Assembly: GCA_964526485.1 (NCBI GenBank)
Contig: CAZGIE010000003.1
Span: 1 to 39,259, forward strand
Length of the DNA: 39,259 nucleotides
DNA from: an uncultured Gemmatimonas sp.
Lineage (GTDB): Bacteria; Gemmatimonadota; Gemmatimonadetes; Gemmatimonadales; Gemmatimonadaceae
Direction: 5' to 3'
The notes below the pieces were generated by a model. It had not been told where the DNA came from. It saw nothing but the letters and a program-made list of their open reading frames with translations, and did not search any database. This document shows, piece after piece, positions 33,227 through 39,259 of this stretch (positions are counted from its first letter, which is position 1; each line of letters begins with the position of its first letter). Made by a program: the position numbers and the translations under genes.

Positions 33227-36200
33227 TCATGGCACCGGCGTGCACCCCTTCACCTCGAGGCACTTCGGATCCACCGCCGGCAGCCCGAGCCGCGCGAGGT
33301 GCGCGTTCACGGCGGCCAGGTCGCGGCGCCAGACCTCGGCGAGCGTCGTCTCGTATCCGTTCAGCTCGTCGGAGAGGATCCCGTAGATCTCCGGCATGTA
33401 GGTCGTGGGGCGGCCGTCGCCCCGCTCCGCCATCGCGAGCAGGTTGGCGAGCCGGTTGTTGACCTTGATCGGGAAGTTGAGCGGGTCCTGCCCGCTCTGG
33501 TTCTTCACCTGATAGACGTTCTGCTCGACCGCCGACGCGTTCGTGCGGAGCATGCCGGCCGCCGTCGTGAGCCGCCGGTCGTTCGCACGGGTGAGGCGGT
33601 CGTCGAGCTGCGCCTTCACGCGGCGGATCTCGATGACCGCCTGGTTGGCCTGCTCGGTCCGGTCCCGCACCATCCGACCGAACTGATACTGCGCGTGCAG
33701 GTCGGCGTCCGAGACCTCGGGGAGGAGCGGGTTGCGGACGACGGTGAGCGGCGCGGTGAGGGCCCGGCCGTCCGCGGTGAGGCGGACGGTGTAACGGCCC
33801 GGCGGGATGGCCGGCCCCGCGGTCCCCGCCCCCCAGAGGATCATCCCGGGGAAGCTCGTGATCGGCGTGGTGCGCAGATCCCACTCGAGCCGCTGCATCC
33901 CGGCGGCGAGCGGGATCGTGCTCGTCCCGCCGCCGCGACGGCGGCCACCACCGGCGGCCGCGGCCCGGACGGTGTCCCCCTCCCAGCGGCGGAGGACCGC
34001 GCCGGCCGAGTCGAGGACCTCGAGGGTCAGCGCACGGGGCGCCGACGGCAACTGCCAGGTGATCGGCACGCTCGCACCGGAACGCACCGCGGTCGGCGGC
34101 GCATAGAGCGTCGCCCCGCCCGCGATGGTCGCGGCGGTCGCCTGCCGCAACGGCGCGATGTCGTCGAGCACCCAGAAGCCACGGCCGTGGGTCGCGATCA
34201 CCAGCTCGTTCGCCTCGACGATGAGATCCGAGACGGGGACGTCGGGCATGTTGAGCCGCAGCGACTGCCACCGCGCGCCGTCGTCATAGGAGACGTACAC
34301 GCCATGCTGGCCCGCGGCGTAGAGGAGCCCGCGGCGGGTGGGATCCTCGCGCACGGCGTGGATGTAGTCATCGGCGCGGATCCCCGTGACGATCTTCGTC
34401 CAGGTCGCGCCGTAATCGGTGGTGCGGAAGAGGTACGGTGAGAAGTCGTTGAGCAGCGGCTTCCGCACGGATACGTACGCGGTCCCGGAGTCGAAGGCCG
34501 AGGCGTCGATCTGGCTCACCCGCCCGAACTCGGGCATCTCACGCGGCGTGACATTCGTCCACGTCTTCCCGCCATCGCGCGTGACGTGCACGAGTCCGTC
34601 GTCCGACCCCGTCCAGATCACGTTCACATCCCGCTTCCCGGGCGCGACGCTGAAGATGGTCGCGTAGACCTCCGGGCCGTTCATATCCCCGGTGATCGGG
34701 CCGCCGGACGGGCCGAGGGTCGCCGGGTCGTGCCGGGTGAGGTCGGGGCTGAGCACCTGCCAGGTCGCCCCGCCGTCCTGCGTCATCCAGAGACGCTGCG
34801 AGGAGACGTAGAGCCGCGTCGGGTCGACCGTCGAGAAGATGATCGGGAAGGTCCACTGCCACCGCTCGCGGATCGCCGAGCTCGGCTCCCCCGAGTAGAA
34901 CCAGGGATACGGGTTCACCTCGCGGGAGAGCCCGGTCCGCCGATTGAACTTGTCGACGTAGCCGCCGTTGTTGGTGCCCGAATAGAAGAGATCGGGGTCG
35001 CGCGGATCGGTGGCGATGTAGCCCGGCTCGCCGCCGCCGGCCACGTAGCTCACGGCCATCCCACCCGAGGCCGGATCACGGTAGCCGGGGCCGGGGCGCC
35101 CGGCCGACGAATCACCGCGCTCCCCGGCGTACATCCCCACCCCGCCGCGCGCCGCACCGCGGTTCCAGTTGAACGGCGTGCAGATCGTGCTGTTGTCCTG
35201 CTGCGAGCCACAGACGTGGAACGGGATGTGCTTCGTCGTGATCGCGTGATAGAACTGCTCGGTGGGGAAGTCCTGCGCCGTATACGTCTTCCCGAGGTCG
35301 GTCGTGACCGTCCCACCGCCGTCGTTCGCGACGACGAGGTGGTTCGGGTCGTCCGGATCGATCCACAGGTCATGGAAGTCCCCGTGCGTCCCGTTCCCGA
35401 TGCTCGTCAGCGTCTTCCCCGCGTCGGCGGACCGGAAGAGCGAGGTGTTCTGCGCGTAGACCACGTCCGCGTTCCGATGGTCGGCGAAGAGATGCGTGTA
35501 ATAGAAGGCGCGCTGCCGGATGGAGCGGTCGGCATTCATCAGGGTCCAGGTGGCGCCCGCATCATCGGACTTGAACAGTCCGCCGTTCTCGTTCTCCACC
35601 AGCGCATACACCCGGTTCGGGTTCGCCGCCGTGAGCGCCACGCCGATGCGCCCGACCAGCCCGGTCGGCAGACCGCGGTTCCGCGTGATCTCCGTCCAGG
35701 TCTCACCGCCATCGGTGCTCTTGTAGAGTCCCGACCCCGGCCCACCCGAGGACATCTGGTACTCCTTTCGGTACGCCTCCCAGAGCGCCGCGTACATCAC
35801 GTTCGGATTCGTCCGATCGATCGCGATGTCGATGGCACCCGTCTTCGCATCGCGGAACAGCACGCGCCGCCAGCTCCGCCCGCCGTCCGTCGACTTGAAG
35901 ACCCCACGCTCCTCGCTTGGCACACTGTACTTCCCGAACGAGGCGACGAAGACGATGTCGGGGTTCGTGGGGTGGATGCGGATCTTCGAGATGCCGTGCG
36001 ACTCCCGGAATCCGACGTGCGTCCACGTCTTCCCGGCGTCGGTGCTCCGGTACACCCCGTCGCCCGGCATGATGTTGCCGCGGATGGCGGTCTCCCCCAT
36101 CCCGATGTAGACGAGGTCGGGGTTCGTCTCGCTCACCGCGACCGCGCCCACCGAGGCCGACGCCACCTGGCCGTCCGTGACGGGGAACCAGGTCTCGCCC

Positions 36201-36442
36201 CCATCCTGCGTCTTCCAGAGCCCGCCCCCCGTGGCGCCGAAGTACGCCTCGTGCTTCCGGCCGCGTACGCCGCTCGCCGCGATCGAGCGGCCGCCGCGGT
36301 CGGGACCGATGTTGCGCCAGCGGTAGTTCGCGAGGAAGGCGGAGTCGGGGCGGACGGCCGCCGGCCCCTGTGCGGCGAGGGGCCGGTCCGTCGTGAGGAG
36401 GAGGGCGCCGAGGAGGAGCGGGAGCGGACGGAGGGTGCGCAT
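33227..36442 (-). CDS. Second secreted VPS10/BNR beta-propeller protein (paralog of 2028-5261)
   Basis: 1071 aa with signal peptide. Motifs WRNIGPDRGGR, many Asp-boxes, HGDFHDLWIDP, GGGEPG, LSPDLT and IATHGRGFW. Same architecture as the first copy. Confidence 0.9.
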   Translation of the reverse strand: MRTLRPLPLLLGALLLTTDRPLAAQGPAAVRPDSAFLANYRWRNIGPDRGGRSIAASGVRGRKHEAYFGATGGGLWKTQDGGETWFPVTDGQVASASVGAVAVSETNPDLVYIGMGETAIRGNIMPGDGVYRSTDAGKTWTHVGFRESHGISKIRIHPTNPDIVFVASFGKYSVPSEERGVFKSTDGGRSWRRVLFRDAKTGAIDIAIDRTNPNVMYAALWEAYRKEYQMSSGGPGSGLYKSTDGGETWTEITRNRGLPTGLVGRIGVALTAANPNRVYALVENENGGLFKSDDAGATWTLMNADRSIRQRAFYYTHLFADHRNADVVYAQNTSLFRSADAGKTLTSIGNGTHGDFHDLWIDPDDPNHLVVANDGGGTVTTDLGKTYTAQDFPTEQFYHAITTKHIPFHVCGSQQDNSTICTPFNWNRGAARGGVGMYAGERGDSSAGRPGPGYRDPASGGMAVSYVAGGGEPGYIATDPRDPDLFYSGTNNGGYVDKFNRRTGLSREVNPYPWFYSGEPSSAIRERWQWTFPIIFSTVDPTRLYVSSQRLWMTQDGGATWQVLSPDLTRHDPATLGPSGGPITGDMNGPEVYATIFSVAPGKRDVNVIWTGSDDGLVHVTRDGGKTWTNVTPREMPEFGRVSQIDASAFDSGTAYVSVRKPLLNDFSPYLFRTTDYGATWTKIVTGIRADDYIHAVREDPTRRGLLYAAGQHGVYVSYDDGARWQSLRLNMPDVPVSDLIVEANELVIATHGRGFWVLDDIAPLRQATAATIAGGATLYAPPTAVRSGASVPITWQLPSAPRALTLEVLDSAGAVLRRWEGDTVRAAAAGGGRRRGGGTSTIPLAAGMQRLEWDLRTTPITSFPGMILWGAGTAGPAIPPGRYTVRLTADGRALTAPLTVVRNPLLPEVSDADLHAQYQFGRMVRDRTEQANQAVIEIRRVKAQLDDRLTRANDRRLTTAAGMLRTNASAVEQNVYQVKNQSGQDPLNFPIKVNNRLANLLAMAERGDGRPTTYMPEIYGILSDELNGYETTLAEVWRRDLAAVNAHLARLGLPAVDPKCLEVKGCTPVP

Positions 36443-36471
36443 CGTCGTCGGGACGGTGTGAGGGGGAAGAA

Positions 36472-37077
36472 TCAGACGTCGTCGAAGGAGACGAGCGTGA
36501 AGGTCGAGGTGCGGCGCCGGACCACGGTCTCGCGCGGCGCCTGCGCGCGCGGCGCTTGGGGGTGTTCCGCTGGACCGAGGTCTCGAATGGTGTTGACGGT
36601 GTTCATGTGCACGGCGACGTCGGCGAATCCACCTGGCGCCGCGGCGATCCCCGCTTGGCGCAACACGACGAAGTCCTCCGCGCGCGCGAGGAAGTCGCTC
36701 ACCCGCTGCCCGGCGAGCGGGGTCACGATCCCTTCGAGGTCGGAGTGGTCATCGAACGTCACCCGCACCCGCCGCCCCGGGGCCGCCGCCCCCTTGTGCT
36801 CGACCGCGAGGGTGCGGTCCGACGACCACCCGTACAGGACCGAGGCCAGTCGAAGCATGACGTGCGTCGCGGTGGCCGAAGTCGCCCCGCCAGCGATCGA
36901 TGTCAGCGTCAGCAGCCCCCCCTTCCGAGAGGCGAGGAAGGGGGCGAGCGCCTGAATGGTCGGGATGTGGGCGTTGCCGCTCACGGTTTCTCCGCCACGC
37001 AGCCGGAGCACCAGCGGGCGCGGGGCGGTCTTCGGCTGACCGAGCCGGGCGGTCGAGACGGCGGTGGGATCAGGCAT
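36472..37077 (-). CDS. Hypothetical protein with two tandem small domains (DUF6812-like)
   Basis: Two similar halves: LVLRLRGGETVSGNAHI...LAPFL...LLTLT and VRVTFDDHSDLEGIV...RVSDFL...FVVLR...VAVH. The family name is from recall and has not been searched. Confidence 0.6.
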   Translation of the reverse strand: MPDPTAVSTARLGQPKTAPRPLVLRLRGGETVSGNAHIPTIQALAPFLASRKGGLLTLTSIAGGATSATATHVMLRLASVLYGWSSDRTLAVEHKGAAAPGRRVRVTFDDHSDLEGIVTPLAGQRVSDFLARAEDFVVLRQAGIAAAPGGFADVAVHMNTVNTIRDLGPAEHPQAPRAQAPRETVVRRRTSTFTLVSFDDV

Positions 37078-37131
37078 GCGGAAACCTACGGCCGGCCGGC
37101 CTCCTCCGCTGTGCGACGGCCAGCGCGCTCG

Positions 37132-37824
37132 CTACCGGGCGCCCCCCTCCGGACGCCACCCCATCGGGTCGTGGGAGGCCTGCAACCATCCCGCGCGGCG
37201 GACGAGGTGCACGAACTCTCGACGGCTCCGAAGCTGGAGCCGCAACATCACCCGATGCTTGTACGTCTCCACCGTCTTCACCGAGAGCTCGAGCTGCCCG
37301 GCGATCTCACGGTTGGAGAACCCCCGCGCGACGAGGAAGAGCACCTCGCGCTCACGCACCGAGCGCGCTTCGAGGCGCGGGATCTCCTCGGTCAGGAGGC
37401 CGCGCTGATCGAGCGCCTCGGTCAGGACGGGTATCAGCTCGCTTCGGCACCAGGCGATCCCATCGCGCACGGCGGCGAGCGCGAGCGGCAGATCGCGTGT
37501 GACCTGCGCGGCATGCACCATCCCGACCGTGCCGAGGCGGAGGGCGGTCAACCACTGCTGCGAGTTCGCGGGCGCGACGACCAGCGTTCGCGACCGGATC
37601 ACCGAAAGGCTCTGGTGATCGAGCGGCTGGGGAGCACCCGCCACCGGCGGAATGAACACCAGGAAGGCACCGGGATGCTCCCGCAGGGCGGCAGCCGCCG
37701 CGGCCAACTCCGCCGAGACCCCGAGCACCTGCCAGCGGACCTGCGATCGGATGAGGCCCACGATCCCAGCCGTGAGTTCGGGGCGCGCTGAGCACACCCA
37801 CGCAACCGAATCCTGCCTACTCAT
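37132..37824 (-). CDS. LuxR/NarL-family HTH regulator with degenerate receiver domain
   Basis: ATG at 37824 with GGAGG RBS. C-terminal REREVLFLVARGFSNREIAGQLELSVKTVETYK. The N-terminal domain lacks the acidic pocket. Confidence 0.85.
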   Translation of the reverse strand: MSRQDSVAWVCSARPELTAGIVGLIRSQVRWQVLGVSAELAAAAAALREHPGAFLVFIPPVAGAPQPLDHQSLSVIRSRTLVVAPANSQQWLTALRLGTVGMVHAAQVTRDLPLALAAVRDGIAWCRSELIPVLTEALDQRGLLTEEIPRLEARSVREREVLFLVARGFSNREIAGQLELSVKTVETYKHRVMLRLQLRSRREFVHLVRRAGWLQASHDPMGWRPEGGAR

Positions 37825-38118
37825 GATGACCTCCTCCGCACGCGAACCGCCCTCAGACTCTCGCTTCGGACAACAGGGGGGGGAGGCTGGATAGCACTGC
37901 TCGAACATTGTCGTGCGTGATAATCCACGCCGCAATACCCATGCGCACGTGACCGACACGCGAGTAACGCAACCCTATCACCAAAATAACGAATGACGTC
38001 TGATTGTCACGACACCCCCTGACAGAGAGTCGCGTAGGACGCTGTGACGCGGCGGCGAGCCCACCGTCAACCCGATGCCAGCGCACGTGCTCTCGCCCCC
38101 TGAACGGAGCTCTCCCTC

Positions 38119-38697
38119 GTGCCACTCTCCTCCTCGACGGCATCGACCCCGGTCCTCCTGGTCGCCGACGACGACCGCCTCACCGGTGCCCTCCGCGACC
38201 TCCTGATGGCGAATGCGCGGATCGACCTGATTGGACATCAGCATTCGCTGGATGAGGTGTTCGCTCACCCGCACCCGCCGGAGGCGATCCTCATCTTCAC
38301 CATCCTGCTCACGCCGAGCGGCCTCCGCCGATGGCGGTCACGCGCCGCCTACACCGCGCTGATGCGCCGCGCGATCATGGTCGCGCCGTACCCGGCGTCG
38401 GCGGGGGCCCGGATCGCCGACGCCTGCGGCATCGGCGCGTTCGTGTCGCACGAGGCCATCCCCACCGCGCTCGTGCCGACCATCACGCGTCTCGCGCGGA
38501 CGGCCCGGTGGCCCTCGTCACGCCTTCACGATGATTCCGCGGCGCCGCAACGGTTCGAGCAGCAGCCACCAGAGCACCACGAAGCTCAGCGCGAAGGCGA
38601 GCGGCGCATCGCGAGGCTCCAACCACGAGCGGAACGCCCCCCGATAGACCGCCGACTGTACCGAGATCAGGTCCCCGGCCACCTCCACCTTCCATAG
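38119..38697 (+). CDS. Stand-alone degenerate receiver-like protein (hypothetical)
   Basis: GTG start with GGAG upstream. VLLVADDDRL...LRDLL...IDLIG and GIGAFVS...LVPTI follow the REC layout. The last ~60 codons overlap the convergent gene. Confidence 0.5.
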   Translation: MPLSSSTASTPVLLVADDDRLTGALRDLLMANARIDLIGHQHSLDEVFAHPHPPEAILIFTILLTPSGLRRWRSRAAYTALMRRAIMVAPYPASAGARIADACGIGAFVSHEAIPTALVPTITRLARTARWPSSRLHDDSAAPQRFEQQPPEHHEAQREGERRIARLQPRAERPPIDRRLYRDQVPGHLHLP

Positions 38698-39259
38698 AGA
38701 CCCCATCACCTTCGCCATCAGCCCGGAGCCGAGAAAGGCGAGGAGCGGGTTCACCCCGAACGCGAGCGTCGGGGTCGTGAGCCGCCGCATCAGCGGCCCG
38801 TCGCCGAGCCAGGTGATCGTCGCGATCGCGAGCGCTGCGAGTCCCGCGGTGAGGAGCACGTAGCTCGAGGTCCAGAGTCCCTTGTTGATCGGGAACGACC
38901 ACCCCCACATCGCCCCGAGCATCGCGGCCAGCGCCCCGGCGGCGAAGAGCCCATTCAGCCGCTCCACGAGCGGCCGTGGACTCGCGAGCCAACGCCCCGC
39001 GAAGGTGCCGAGGAGCGCCGTCCCGATCGCGGGGAACGTCGAGAGGACGCCCTCCGGATCCCACGTCTTGGACTGTCGCCAGAGATGGCCGTCGAGGAGC
39101 GCCCGGTCGACCCAGGCCGCGAGGGTGCGCGAGGGATCGTCGAGCAACAGGATCCCCGGGCCGTCCTGTCCGGGCACGGGGAGGAGCGTCATCGCGAACC
39201 AGTACCCGTACAGGAGCGCCACGAGCACCCCCACCTGCTGCCGGAGCGTCGTGCGCTGC
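38518..39259 (-). CDS. HGSNAT/NagX-like (COG4299/DUF5009) membrane acyltransferase; 5' part outside the window
   Basis: WDPEGVLSTFPAI, FPINKGLWTSSYV and FGVNPL. The frame stays open to the right edge. Confidence 0.9.
   Translation of the reverse strand, partial: QRTTLRQQVGVLVALLYGYWFAMTLLPVPGQDGPGILLLDDPSRTLAAWVDRALLDGHLWRQSKTWDPEGVLSTFPAIGTALLGTFAGRWLASPRPLVERLNGLFAAGALAAMLGAMWGWSFPINKGLWTSSYVLLTAGLAALAIATITWLGDGPLMRRLTTPTLAFGVNPLLAFLGSGLMAKVMGSLWKVEVAGDLISVQSAVYRGAFRSWLEPRDAPLAFALSFVVLWWLLLEPLRRRGIIVKA

Noticed and set aside
38518-38697. 180-nt convergent overlap as a functional dual-coding region
   Set aside because: The overlapping tail reads as antisense of the membrane gene and is most simply stop-codon loss or read-through.
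1-39259. CRISPR arrays, tRNA/rRNA, transposases, integrases, prophage or defence genes
   Set aside because: No regularly spaced repeats, RNA gene signatures or such protein motifs seen by eye. The repeats found are intragenic domains or hairpins.

Overview
Very GC-rich (roughly 70-75% by eye), densely coding bacterial window. The gene mix suggests Gemmatimonadota or another diderm FCB-type organism; this is inference only. It holds about 24 CDSs, many of them secreted or periplasmic. These include a glycan-binding-like lipoprotein (partial, left edge) behind a sigma70 promoter with a palindromic operator, two ~1075-aa VPS10/BNR propeller paralogs, two beta-lactamase-fold serine hydrolases (one fused to a BNR/sialidase-like domain), an aldo-keto reductase-Rid fusion with an APC permease, and a membrane-anchored DtxR/MntR-FeoA fusion coupled to feoB. 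Further on are an aeRF1-like (baeRF/Balon-like) gene plus a CBS protein, an atypical GGT-family lipoprotein, a sterol desaturase-family gene, LVIVD and YVTN propellers, a TIGR03545/TIGR03546 pair and a HEAT-cyclophilin. The right part has a TPP riboswitch-controlled TonB-dependent receptor, a Tat-exported GMC oxidoreductase operon, a divergent pair of pseudo-receiver regulators and a partial HGSNAT/NagX-like gene. An exact Illumina P5 adapter sits at 9753-9781 and corrupts the 3' ends of two convergent genes, so this junction is an assembly artefact. I saw no CRISPR array, tRNA, rRNA or mobile element. No single obviously new system stands out, but several unusual fusions and regulatory elements merit follow-up.
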